Source of the DNA: an uncultured Actinomycetes bacterium
GTDB lineage: Bacteria; Actinomycetota; UBA4738; HRBIN12
Direction of reading: 5' to 3'
DNA length: 64,000 nt
NCBI GenBank assembly: GCA_963835415.1
Contig: CAWIFZ010000007.1
Span: 5,358-69,357 of the forward strand
Shown: piece after piece, positions 17,231 through 26,569 of the stretch
Numbering within the stretch: the first letter of the stretch is position 1
How the letters are laid out: every line of letters begins with the position of its first letter
Notes under the pieces: model-generated
Seen by the model: the letters and a program-made list of their open reading frames with translations, nothing else
Told to the model about the DNA's origin: nothing
The model's database searches: none
Program-made: the position numbers and the translations under genes

Positions 17231-17569
17231 TCAGACGTTCGGGTCGGGCAGGAGCTCCCGGACCTCTTGGGAACAGCGGCAGGCGACGGCGATCTTGGCG
17301 GCCCACTCCAGCGCTTCCTCGCGGGAAGGCACGTCGACGACCGCGAACCCGCCGATGACCTCCTTGGTCTCCGGGTACGGGCCGTCGGTGATCGTTCCGT
17401 CGGTGGCCACGACTTTCGCCTGCTGGCTCTCGAGCCCGCCGCCGAACACCCACGCGCCGGCGGCCTGCGCCTCCCGGACCACCGCGTGCGCGGCCTCTCC
17501 CACGGCGGGCAGGTCCTCCGGGGGGAAGTCCATCCAGCCGTCATCGAACGAGATCAGGTACCGCGTCAT
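17231..17569 (-). CDS. YciI/DGPF family protein
   Basis: MTRYLISFDDGWMDF...ITDGPYPETKEVIGGFAVVDVPSREEALEWAAKIAVAC. ATG at 17569 preceded by AAGGAGGAAAGA. Confidence 0.85.
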   Translation of the reverse strand: MTRYLISFDDGWMDFPPEDLPAVGEAAHAVVREAQAAGAWVFGGGLESQQAKVVATDGTITDGPYPETKEVIGGFAVVDVPSREEALEWAAKIAVACRCSQEVRELLPDPNV

Positions 17570-17617
17570 CTCTTTCCTCCTTGTCCCGGCGGCTGCGTCC
17601 GGCCGCCGCTCATCTGC

Positions 17618-17646
17618 TCTACGAACGCCTCGCCCCGCATCCGACA
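17618..17646 (-). promoter_or_regulatory. ECF42-like promoter motif TGTCGG-N14-GTT-CGTAGA upstream of YciI gene
   Basis: Coding strand TGTCGGatgcggggcgaggcGTTCGTAGA, 48 nt upstream of the ATG at 17569. Geometry is identical to the sites at 19278-19306 and 47302-47330. Confidence 0.55.
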
Positions 17647-17664
17647 GGCGGCCGGAAGAATTTC

Positions 17665-18900
17665 TCACGCCAGCTGATCGCGGCGGCGGGTCAGGTAGGC
17701 GGTCTCGGCGGTGTTGCCCGCCAGCTCGATGGCTTCGTCGTACGCCGCGCGCGACTCCTGATCGCGGCCCAGCCGGCGCAGCAGGTCGGCGCGGGTCGCG
17801 TGATACGCGTGATAGCCGGCCAACGTGTCGTCCAGGCGGTCGACGGCGGCCAGCGCCACCTCCGGGCCGTCGAGCTCGGCGACCGCGATGGCCCGGTTGA
17901 GGGCGACGATCGGCGAAGGGTCGAGGCGGACGAGCTGGTCGTAGAGGGCGACGATCTGCGACCAGTCGGTGTCGCGGCATCTCGCGGGCCGAGGTGTGGA
18001 CGGCGTTGATGGCCGCGAGGATCTGATAGCGACCCGGAGCCACCCCGGCGGCCAGGCGCTCGCGCACCAGCCGATGCCCCTCGGCGATCAGCGCCGCGTC
18101 CCACGCCCCACGGTCCTGCTCGTCGAGGGGGACCAGTTCGCCGCTCGCCGAGACGCGGGCGGTGCTGCGCGCTTCGGTCAGGAGCATCAGCGCCAGCAGT
18201 CCGGCCACCTCGCCGTCCTCCGGCATGAGGGCACGGAGCAGGCGCGTGAGCCGGATCGCCTCGGCGGTCAGGTCGTGACGGACGGGATCGGTGTCGGGGC
18301 CGCTCGCCAGGTAGCCCTCGTTGAAGACGAGGAACAGGACGGCGAGGACGCCCGAGACGCGTGCCGGCAGATCCTCCGCGGACGGCACCCGGTACGGGAT
18401 GCGCGCCACCTTGATCTTGGCCTTCGCGCGGGTGATCCGCTGCCCCATCGCGGGCTCCTGCGTCAGGAAGGCACGGGCGATCTCTTGCACGGTCAGACCC
18501 GCCGACCATCCGCAGCGTCAGCGCCACGCGGGTCTCCATCGCGAGCGCCGGGTGACAGCAGGTGAAGATCAGCCGAAGCCGGTCGTCGTCGATGGCGCCG
18601 AGAGGCTCGGTGGGGTCGTCGTCGTGCAACATCCGAGCCTCCTCCTGCTTGTCGTCGCGCTTGTGCTCGCGCCGGATCCGATCGATGGCCTTGCGGGTGG
18701 CGGTGGTGGTCAGCCAGCCGCCGGGGTTGGGGGGGACGCCGTCGGCCGGCCACCGCTCGACGGCGGTCGCGAACGCCTCGGCCGCCGCCTCCTCGGCGAT
18801 GTCGAGATCGCCGAAACGCCGGGTTAGGGAGGCGACCACCCGCGCCCACTCCTCGTGGTGAACGCGCGTGATCGCCTCTCCGAACGTCGAGCGCGCTCAT
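17665..18900 (-). pseudogene. ECF sigma factor with C-terminal TPR-like extension (ECF42-type); 2-3 frameshifts
   Basis: It must be read in three frames to match the intact paralog at 45737-46918: FGDLDIAEEAAAEAFATAVERWP...[10 protein letters not shown] | QEIARAFLTQEPAMGQRITRAKAKI... | DTDWSQIVALYDQLV...LAGYHAYHATRADLL. Breaks are near 18497 and 17974, and probably near 18890. Confidence 0.75.
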
Positions 18901-19223
18901 CACAGGAACGGCCGCACCTCGATCTTGCGGTTGCAGGCCTTCGAGCCATCGGTGGCGAGCTTGAGCGCCACGTCCAGGTCGGGGGCCTCGATGATCCAGA
19001 AGCCGGCGACGTACTCCTTCGACTCCACGAAGGGGCCGTCGGTGACCACGGCCTTGCCGTCCCGGTTATCGATGACGGTAGCCGGGTCGGGGGACCCGAG
19101 GCCGCCGGCGAAGACCCACTGACCATCGGCCTGGAGCCGTTCGTTGAACACATCGATGGCGGCGTCCTCGGTCGGTGTGGCCGGGCCGGTGCCGTCGTCG
19201 ATCACGGAAAACAGGTACTGCAT
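18900..19223 (-). CDS. YciI/DGPF family protein
   Basis: 107 aa: MQYLFSVIDDGTGP...VTDGPFVESKEYVAGFWIIEAPDLDVALKLA. Its stop overlaps the sigma start region (TGATGA). Confidence 0.85.
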   Translation of the reverse strand: MQYLFSVIDDGTGPATPTEDAAIDVFNERLQADGQWVFAGGLGSPDPATVIDNRDGKAVVTDGPFVESKEYVAGFWIIEAPDLDVALKLATDGSKACNRKIEVRPFL

Positions 19224-19277
19224 CTCCGATCACCTCCGGTGCGTGGGTGGCGCCCCTCGTGGGCCCCGCTCACCCCT

Positions 19278-19306
19278 GCTACGAACACCACTGCCTCGAT
19301 CCGACA
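19278..19306 (-). promoter_or_regulatory. ECF42-like promoter motif TGTCGG-N14-GTT-CGTAGC upstream of YciI-sigma operon
   Basis: Coding strand TGTCGGatcgaggcagtggtGTTCGTAGC, 54 nt upstream of the ATG at 19223. Confidence 0.55.
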
Positions 19307-19412
19307 TCGCCTCCCGGATCTGTTCCACGGACGTGCCTTCATCCAACGACAAAGTAGGCGATGTGGATCCAGCCGGCGACGCCGAGCGCACCCGCGCCGC
19401 GCCCGCGAAGGC

Positions 19413-20757
19413 TCAGGTCACGACGCGGTAGAGACGCCAGGGGCCCGGGACCCCTTTCAGTTCGTGCTCGCCGGTGTCCGCGAAGCTGAGCCCGGATCCC
19501 GCCACCAGATCCTTCACGGTGCTCGACACCAAGACCTCGCTCGGTTCGGCGAGCGCGCCGACCCGGGCGCCGATCCGCACGGCGATCCCTCGCACGTCGT
19601 CACCCGCGAGCTCGATCTCGCCGGTGTGCACGCCTGCTCGGACCTCGATGCCGAGATCGCGAACAACCTCGGCGATCGCTTGCCCACATCGAACGGCCCT
19701 GGCGGGTCCGTCGAAGGTGGCGAAGAACCCATCTCCCGCCGTGTCGATCTCTGTGCCGCGGAACCGTTCGAGCTCGGCGCGGACCCGCTCGTGATGCGCC
19801 GTCAGGAGCTCGCCCCATCGACCGTCCCCGAGAGCCGCGGCTCTCTCCGTCGAGCCGACGATGTCGGTGAACAGGACCGTCGCCAGCACACGGTCGACGT
19901 CCGGGACGTGCCGTTTCCCCGTCAGGAACTGCTCGACCTCTTCGAGGACCTGACCTGCTCGCCGGCCCAGGGTTCGTCATCTCCTCCCGGCAGCTCCACG
20001 AAGCGCGACGCCGGGATGCGATCGGCGACGTCGCGACCTGCTTGGAGGACCTCGACCCGATCGTCGACCGCGTGGAGCACGAGGGTCGGGACGCGGATGG
20101 TCGGCAGGATCGGGCGGATGTCGATCTGTTGCCATATGCGCTCGATCGCCTCGACCGAGTTGGGGCTTGCAGCCTGTCGCATGAATCGCGCCCACCAATC
20201 GATGTGACGCTCGTCGTGGGCAAGCGACGGGTGGAACAAGGGGACGATCTTCTCCGCGTACGCGCGGGTCCCCCATCCTTCGGCCAGCTCTCGGAGATAG
20301 TCGTCCCACTCGTCGATCGACCACTGCCAGGGGAAGTCGTCGGAAGCGACCCCGGCCGCCGCGACGCCGTAGAGCGCGAGGGCGCTCACGCGATCCGGGA
20401 ACGTCGCGGCGAAGATCGCGCACAAGCAGCCGGAATTCGAGGACCGAAGAGCGCGACTCGCTCGGACCCGACCGCATCGAGCACGACGACGAGATCGTCC
20501 ATCAGGATCTCGAGCGGCGGCAGGTCCGTGGGCGACATGCGATCGGAGAGCCCGGTCCCGCGACGGTCCATGAAGATCAAGCGCGAGAACGACGCGAGGC
20601 GTCGGAGGAACCGCGCATACGACGGGCTCTCCCAGCGATCTCGATGTCGTTGATGAACGCCGGCAGGAACACCAGGTCGAGGGGTCCATCGCCCAGCACC
20701 TGATAGGCGAGGGCGACGTCGCCGTTCCGCGCGTAGTGGATCTCGGGGATGGCCACC
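19413..20757 (-). pseudogene. Alpha/beta hydrolase fused to class III nucleotidyl cyclase; three frameshifts
   Basis: GTG 20757 (SD AAGGAAGGA): VAIPEIHYARNGDVALAYQVLGDGPLDLVFLPAFINDIEI | WESPSYARFLRRLASFSRLIFMDRRGTGLSD | SNSGCLCAIFAATFPDRV...VELPGGD | [34 protein letters not shown]. Breaks near 20635, 20442 and 19950. Confidence 0.75.
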
Positions 20758-21018
20758 GGGGCATCCTTCCTTGGAAGCCCTTTGGCCGCAACCGGACCGG
20801 TCCCGTGGAACCTTCAAGAGGTTGGTTATCCGACGATTCGATAGAGACGCCACCGGTCGGGACGCCTTCAGATCCCGCTCGCCTGCATCCTCGAAGAGGA
20901 GCCCACCAGCATCGGGGACACCAAGGCAACTTCCTTCTATCAATTCTTCCATCACGAGTTCGTTGACATCAAGGGGCCTGCGCCCGTCAGTCTCAAGGTC
21001 CGTGACGGAGGAGGTGCC

Positions 21019-21579
21019 GTGCTCATCGGGAACAGCATCCGACTACGACTCGCTTCGATCGACGACGCTCAACTCGTGGCCGAGTGGTACGGGGACCCCG
21101 AGTACCTGGGCGAGTTCTCCAACACCTGGCCACGGAGCCGCCAGGAGTGGGAGCGTCTGCTAGGGATGGAAAAGGAACGGAACGACGGGGCCTTCTACAT
21201 CATCGTCCCGAGCGATTCCGAAGAGCCGCTCGGCACCGCTGGGTATTGGTACCCCTTCACAGCCAAGATGTTCCAAGGCCTCGAACTGTCGTACGAGGTG
21301 CATCCATCCTCTCGACAGAAAGGGATCGCGACGCAAGTGGCGTGTCTCCTCGTGAATCATCTGTTCAACTCCTTGCCGGTCGAACGGTTACAGGCGACCG
21401 CGGTGGTCGGGAACCACGCATCGCATCGGGTGCTCGAGAAGGCCGGGATGCAGAAGGAAGGCTCGTATCGCCGAGTCACCTTCGTTCATGGCGAGTACAT
21501 GGATATGGACGTGTACTCCATCGTCAGAAATGACTGGATCGACGAGCACGCCTACCGTCAAGGACGAGGGGCGTTCTAG
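21019..21579 (+). CDS. GNAT family N-acetyltransferase (RimJ/RimL-like)
   Basis: 186 aa, GTG start with SD GGAGGAGG. IRLRLASIDDAQLVAEWY...RQKGIATQVACLLVNHLF...NHASHRVLEKAGMQKEG. Local GC is about 57%. Confidence 0.85.
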   Translation: MLIGNSIRLRLASIDDAQLVAEWYGDPEYLGEFSNTWPRSRQEWERLLGMEKERNDGAFYIIVPSDSEEPLGTAGYWYPFTAKMFQGLELSYEVHPSSRQKGIATQVACLLVNHLFNSLPVERLQATAVVGNHASHRVLEKAGMQKEGSYRRVTFVHGEYMDMDVYSIVRNDWIDEHAYRQGRGAF

Positions 21580-21642
21580 CGTTCGACCCGACTCACTGCG
21601 ACGCGGGGACGGGCCATTCCCACAGATCTGGAGCGAAGGGAG

Positions 21643-22146
21643 ATGTCGAACGTGAAGCGTTTCGATGCATCACAGGGGCCGCGCATCGTCGGACCACGGG
21701 ACGGCAAGTCCGTCGAGCTCGGCGCGATCGGGGCCCGATTCGTCGTGTGGGGCGAAGAGTCGGGCGGCGGATTCTCGCTCGTCGAGCACCCGATCCCACC
21801 ACGGACCCTCGCCGCCCCGGTTCACCGCCACGCCAACGAGGACGAGTACAGCTACGTCCTGGAGGGTCGGCTAGGAGCGCTGCTCGGCGACGACGTGGTC
21901 TACGCCGAGGCAGGCGACCTCGCGTTCAAACCGCGCGACCAGTGGCACACGTTCTGGAACGCCGGCGACACCGTCTGCCGGATCCTCGAGATCATCTCGC
22001 CGGCGGGCTTCGAGCACTACTTCGACGACTTCGCTGAGGCTCCGGAGTCGCGCGGAGAGCTCGGCGGGCGCTACGGCCTCGAGGTCGACCTCGACCGCAT
22101 CACGGAGTTGTGCGAGGAGCACGGACTGCGCTTCCCGCGTTCCTAG
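21643..22146 (+). CDS. Cupin domain protein
   Basis: 167 aa. PVHRHANEDEYSYVLEGRLGALLGDD...AGDLAFKPRDQWHTFWN cupin motifs. SD AAGGGAG. Confidence 0.8.
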   Translation: MSNVKRFDASQGPRIVGPRDGKSVELGAIGARFVVWGEESGGGFSLVEHPIPPRTLAAPVHRHANEDEYSYVLEGRLGALLGDDVVYAEAGDLAFKPRDQWHTFWNAGDTVCRILEIISPAGFEHYFDDFAEAPESRGELGGRYGLEVDLDRITELCEEHGLRFPRS

Positions 22147-22155
22147 CCGATCGCG

Positions 22156-22599
22156 TCAGCTCGCGGCGCGCGCTTCCAGCTTGGCCTTGATGTTGGCGAG
22201 GTCCCGGTGAAGGTTCTTCGGGATGTCCTTCGAGACCTTGAAGCTCGTGAGCTTCGCCAGGAACGTCGGCTCGACGATCTCGGCGCTCTTCGTCAGCGTC
22301 GTCGACGCACCGTCGCCGGCCATCGAGAACCGATGACGTGCGAGACCGAGCGCCCCCTTGGACTCCCAGGCGAACGCGCTGCCCGGTGAGACCTCCGTCA
22401 CGGTGCTCTGCTCGCGTTGCGTTCCGAACTGCTTCGCCGTCGTGGAGAACACGCTGCCGACAGCCACGGGCCCCTCGGTCGTCTTCGTCACCTCGAGGCC
22501 GTCGCCCGACCACTCGGCGTGTCGAGGGAAATCAGCGACGTAGTCGTACACGTGACCGATCGGTGCGTCGATCGCGATCTGATCCTCGAAACGCTTCAC
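22156..22599 (-). CDS. SRPBCC family protein (polyketide cyclase/dehydrase-like)
   Basis: 147 aa: MKRFEDQIAIDAPIGHVYDYVADFPRHAEWSG... Confidence 0.8.
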   Translation of the reverse strand: MKRFEDQIAIDAPIGHVYDYVADFPRHAEWSGDGLEVTKTTEGPVAVGSVFSTTAKQFGTQREQSTVTEVSPGSAFAWESKGALGLARHRFSMAGDGASTTLTKSAEIVEPTFLAKLTSFKVSKDIPKNLHRDLANIKAKLEARAAS

Positions 22600-22656
22600 G
22601 ATGTCCTCCTGTCATAGCCGCGACTCGATGTCGGAGGGTAGTGCGACCATCAGGCC

Positions 22657-23847
22657 GTGTCGAATGAAGGCACGATCCTGCACGCGGACGCGGACTCCTT
22701 CTACGCGTCGGTCGAGCAACGGGATGATCCGAGCCTGCGGGGCCGCCCCGTCATCGTGGGGGGCGGCGTGGTGCTGGCTGCCAGCTACGAGGCCAAAGCG
22801 TTCGGAGTGCGCACGCCGATGGGCCACGTCCAGGCGCTCCGGCTCTGTCCGCAGGCGATCGTCGTCTCGCCGCGCATGGAGACCTACAGCGCGGCGAGCA
22901 AGGCGATGTTCGAGGTCTTCAACGACACCACCCCGTTCGTCGAAGGATTGTCGATCGACGAGGCGTTCCTGGAGGTCGGTGGGCTGCGGAAGATCTCGGG
23001 AACGCCCACGGAGATCGCGGTCCGCCTCCGCCGAGAGGTCCTCGAGAAGGTCGGCCTGCCCATCACGGTGGGCGTGGCCCGGACCAAGTTCCTCGCCAAA
23101 GTGGCAAGCGGGGTCGCGAAACCGGACGGTCTGTTGGTCGTGCCGATCGACGGCGAGCTGGCGTTCCTGCATCCGCTGCCGGTCGAGCGTCTATGGGGCG
23201 TGGGACCGGTGACCGCGGACAAACTCCACGAGCGCTCGATCACGACCGTGGCGGAGGTAGCCGCACTCGGTGAAGCTGCGCTGGTGCGGATCCTCGGTCG
23301 CGCGTCGGGACGTCACCTCCACGCGCTCGCGCACAACCGGGATCCTCGGCGTGTCGACACCGGACGCCGGCGGCGCTCGATCGGGACGCAACGCGCGCTC
23401 GGACGACGACCGAGGTCACCGGAGTCGCTCGACGCCGACCTGATCGCCCTGGTGGATCGCCTGACGCGCAGGCTGCGAGCGGCGCACCGCGTGTGCCGCA
23501 CCGTCGTGCTCCGTCTGCGGTTCGACGACTTCACGCGAGCGACGCGGTCGCACACGATCCCCGAGGCGACTGCCGATACCACGACGTTGCTCGCGGCCGA
23601 GCGAGCGCTGCTGGTTGCGGCCTTGCCGATGATCCGGGATCAGGGCATCACGCTGATCGGCATCAGCTTCACCAACCTCCAGAACGACGGTGCGATCCAG
23701 CTCGCGTTGCCGTTCGACGGCTGGGACGGATCGTCGCTCGACGCCACGCTCGACACGGTGCGTGACAAGTTCGGATCGAAGGCCATCACGCGGGGCGTCC
23801 TCCTCGGGCGCCGCGAAGGCCTGTCGGTTCCGCTCCTCCCCGACTAG
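22657..23847 (+). CDS. dinB: DNA polymerase IV
   Basis: [72 protein letters not shown]. Intact 396 aa. Confidence 0.9.
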   Translation: MSNEGTILHADADSFYASVEQRDDPSLRGRPVIVGGGVVLAASYEAKAFGVRTPMGHVQALRLCPQAIVVSPRMETYSAASKAMFEVFNDTTPFVEGLSIDEAFLEVGGLRKISGTPTEIAVRLRREVLEKVGLPITVGVARTKFLAKVASGVAKPDGLLVVPIDGELAFLHPLPVERLWGVGPVTADKLHERSITTVAEVAALGEAALVRILGRASGRHLHALAHNRDPRRVDTGRRRRSIGTQRALGRRPRSPESLDADLIALVDRLTRRLRAAHRVCRTVVLRLRFDDFTRATRSHTIPEATADTTTLLAAERALLVAALPMIRDQGITLIGISFTNLQNDGAIQLALPFDGWDGSSLDATLDTVRDKFGSKAITRGVLLGRREGLSVPLLPD

Positions 23848-23854
23848 GAGTGCG

Positions 23855-24913
23855 TCACCCGCACCGATCGACGACCGCCGGCGCCCGAACGTAGGCGCAC
23901 GGCGGTCCGCCGACCGTGAAGCGCAGCATCGCGTACCGGGCCGAGCTCGTCGGGGGCTGCGTCGGCGCGGTTCCCCAGCGCGCTTCGTACGCGTCGAACG
24001 GCAGGTGCACCCGCTTCGGCGTTCCCCCCGACGCGGGTACGACGAATAGGTCGTGGCAGCAGAAGTCTCCGTACCGCCGGTCGGACTCGAAGATGACCTG
24101 CTGGCCGTCCGGGGAGTACGCCGGCCAGACATCCGCGTGCGGGAACGGAGGTTGCGTGAGCACCTGGAGACCCAAGCCGGTCGGGAGCACCGTGAACAGC
24201 GAAGGCGCGGGCCGGTCCATGAAGACCTCACTTGCGAACGCGATCCGCTCGCCGGTCGGCGACCAGTCAGGCCCCCACCCCTGCAGCCTGGGTGGCGAGA
24301 CCCGTCGCTCGTTCGATCCGTCAGCGGACGAGACGTAGATCGCCATCTTCACGCCGTCGACGTGCCAGCGCATGTACGCCATCTGGGAACCGGACGACGC
24401 CAGCTCGGCGACGTTGTAGGAGTCGTGGCTGTTCGGCGTGACGGCGTGGACCCCCGTTCCGTCCGGCCGGACCGCCGAGATCCCGCCGTCGCAATCGAAA
24501 CCGAAGCAGTTCGTGAACAAGATCCAGGCGCCGTCGGGCGTGAACCGCGGCCAGAAGTTGTCGGAGTCCGGATCATCCAGCGTCAGCTGCTGCGGATCGG
24601 AGCCGTCGGCGTTGGCGATCCAGATGGCCGCGTCACCGCTCGTGAAGCTGACGTACGCGATCCGCTCGCCATCGGGCGACCAATCGCCCTGGAACGAATC
24701 CTCGCCGCTGGTCACCTGCTCGAGCGCGGAGCCGTCCGGGTTCGCGGTGTAGATCTGGCAGCCGCTCGGATCCTCGCAATGCGTGAACAGGATGCGTCCG
24801 TTGGTCGGGGCGATGCCGGCCCGGACGGACGCCGCGTGGCCGGCCGCAGGCGCCGGCAGCGTGACGACACCGAGGAGCATGAACGGCACCATCCATCGCG
24901 CGGCTCGTCTCAT
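23855..24913 (-). CDS. Secreted TolB-like beta-propeller (PD40 repeat) protein
   Basis: Signal peptide MRRAARWMVPFMLLGVVTLPAPAAG. Repeated PD40-type units (W/Y)SPDG...I(A/V)F, for example DWSPDGERIAYVS, FTPDGAWILF, WSPTGERIAFAS, YSPDGQQVIFES. Confidence 0.8.
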   Translation of the reverse strand: MRRAARWMVPFMLLGVVTLPAPAAGHAASVRAGIAPTNGRILFTHCEDPSGCQIYTANPDGSALEQVTSGEDSFQGDWSPDGERIAYVSFTSGDAAIWIANADGSDPQQLTLDDPDSDNFWPRFTPDGAWILFTNCFGFDCDGGISAVRPDGTGVHAVTPNSHDSYNVAELASSGSQMAYMRWHVDGVKMAIYVSSADGSNERRVSPPRLQGWGPDWSPTGERIAFASEVFMDRPAPSLFTVLPTGLGLQVLTQPPFPHADVWPAYSPDGQQVIFESDRRYGDFCCHDLFVVPASGGTPKRVHLPFDAYEARWGTAPTQPPTSSARYAMLRFTVGGPPCAYVRAPAVVDRCG

Positions 24914-25896
24914 CGTGCGACCCCCCAGTCCGAGTAGCCGACGCCCATGGAGGCGTCCACGATGTCCACCGGATCGCTCCCGTCAGGGTTGGTGCTCCGT
25001 AACGGTCCGAAGCCCAGGTCCGCCTCGGCGCCCTCAACCTTCCACACGATCCGCGTCCCGTCGGGCGACCATGCCGCGAACAATGAATGCGGCGCGACCA
25101 ACTGCAGGCCGGTCCCGTCGGCCGAGATCATGTACCGGCCGCCGTCTCGGTAGCCGGTGAACACGAGTTGCGTGCCGTCGGGCGACCATGAGATCCGCTC
25201 GACGAACGCCGTGCCGACGAGCGGCCTCTGGTGCCCGCCATCCACGTCGGCGAGCCAGATCCGTGCTTCGCGCCCACCGGCGTCGCTCACGTAGGCGATC
25301 TGCGAGCCGTCGGGCGACATCACCGGGTCGCTCGGGTGCCACGTGCCGCCGATGATCGTGCGCATCCCCGAGCCGTTCAAGCGGACCGAGACGATCTTGC
25401 ACGTCCGGTAGGGCTCCACGTATCCGCCACACCGGGAGAACAGCACCCGACGTCCGCCCGCGGTGAAGCTCGGACCGCTGTCACCCCACTCAGGCTCGTC
25501 GACCAGCGGCCGCTGGTGGGATCCGTCGGCCCACATGATCCACACCTGGTCGTTGCTGTTCTCGGCGCTGACCATGAAGGCGATCAGCGATGCGTCGGGC
25601 GAGACCGCGGGATGCCACGCCGACGCCTCGGGCCCCATATGGGTGAGCCGTCGCAGATGGCTCCCGTCCGGAGCGACGGAGTAGATCTCCGACATGCCCT
25701 GGCCGTTGAACCACGTCCAGGCTGTATCGAAGACGATCCGGCCGTTCTCCCCCGGGAACGCGGCTCGCGCCGGCGCAGCGCCTATGACCAGGATCGTGGC
25801 TGCGACAGCGACGGCGAGTCGCCAGAGCGAGATCGTCAACGACGACTTCGCGGCTCTCGCCCGTCCGACGGACGAGTGCGTTCCGGACTTCGACAT
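24910..25896 (-). CDS. Secreted TolB-like beta-propeller (PD40 repeat) protein, paralog
   Basis: TM/signal region LAVAVAATILVIGAAPARA. PD40 units VSPDASLIAFM, MSPDGSQIAYVS, WSPDGTQLVFT, WSPDGTRIVW. Its stop overlaps the next ATG (ATGA at 24910-24913). Confidence 0.8.
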   Translation of the reverse strand: MSKSGTHSSVGRARAAKSSLTISLWRLAVAVAATILVIGAAPARAAFPGENGRIVFDTAWTWFNGQGMSEIYSVAPDGSHLRRLTHMGPEASAWHPAVSPDASLIAFMVSAENSNDQVWIMWADGSHQRPLVDEPEWGDSGPSFTAGGRRVLFSRCGGYVEPYRTCKIVSVRLNGSGMRTIIGGTWHPSDPVMSPDGSQIAYVSDAGGREARIWLADVDGGHQRPLVGTAFVERISWSPDGTQLVFTGYRDGGRYMISADGTGLQLVAPHSLFAAWSPDGTRIVWKVEGAEADLGFGPLRSTNPDGSDPVDIVDASMGVGYSDWGVAR

Positions 25897-26060
25897 CGCG
25901 CCCTCCCCCTAGAGCTCCATCTCCACGCGGACACGCGGATCCTCGAACGTCAAGACGGACGTCGGCGATCGCTTGGAGCACCCTTCCGCATCCGACCCGA
26001 CTTGTCCACTCGACATCTGAGCCGAGATCCTGAGCTTCGGCAACACTCGGAGGCAGCGCC

Positions 26061-26495
26061 TCAGCCTTTGGCCAGTTCGGCGAGTCGATCGAACGTGATC
26101 GGATGCACGAGCGCGTCGGCGTGTCGATGCGCGAGCTGCCAATCCGATCCCTCGCGGCGGAACACCAGCGTCACCCGCAGCGACCAGTCCTGCGCCGGAT
26201 AGTCGCCGACCACGCCGCTCTGGCGCTCGACGGCGACGAGCACGGCGAGATCTCCCGAGGCGTACGTCTGGATCACCTCGAGGGTGCCTTCGCCGCTCTG
26301 GAAGAACCGCGCCATCTCGTTGATGCGCCGCTCAGAGAGGTCGGAGCCCGCCACCTCCCCGCCGGTCGGCGACATGAGCGTGTAGTCGTCAGCGTGCTCG
26401 ATCAGCGCGAAGTAGCGATGCATGTCGCCGCCGATGAACGCCGACGTGGCCTCGGAGGCGAGCGCGATCAGTGCGGCGAGGTCGTCATCCGTCAC
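26061..26495 (-). CDS. SnoaL-like / DUF4440-type NTF2 family protein
   Basis: 144 aa, GTG start. ...GDLAVLVAVERQSGVVGDYPAQDWSLRVTLVFRREGSDWQLAHRHAD is typical of the DUF4440 C-terminus. Confidence 0.7.
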   Translation of the reverse strand: MTDDDLAALIALASEATSAFIGGDMHRYFALIEHADDYTLMSPTGGEVAGSDLSERRINEMARFFQSGEGTLEVIQTYASGDLAVLVAVERQSGVVGDYPAQDWSLRVTLVFRREGSDWQLAHRHADALVHPITFDRLAELAKG

Positions 26496-26569
26496 GTCGT
26501 TGTCCGCTCATCGCGACATTACGCTCCTCCTCCGTCGTGCCCTATCCCGTGACACCCACGAGTCAACGC

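Noticed and set aside
20386-20955. ATG at 20955 (MMEELIEG...) as the start of the hydrolase-cyclase
   Set aside because: The first 95 aa of that frame are unconserved. The conserved hydrolase N-terminus (VAIPEIHYARNGDVALAYQVLG) starts at GTG 20757 in another frame, behind AAGGAAGGA.
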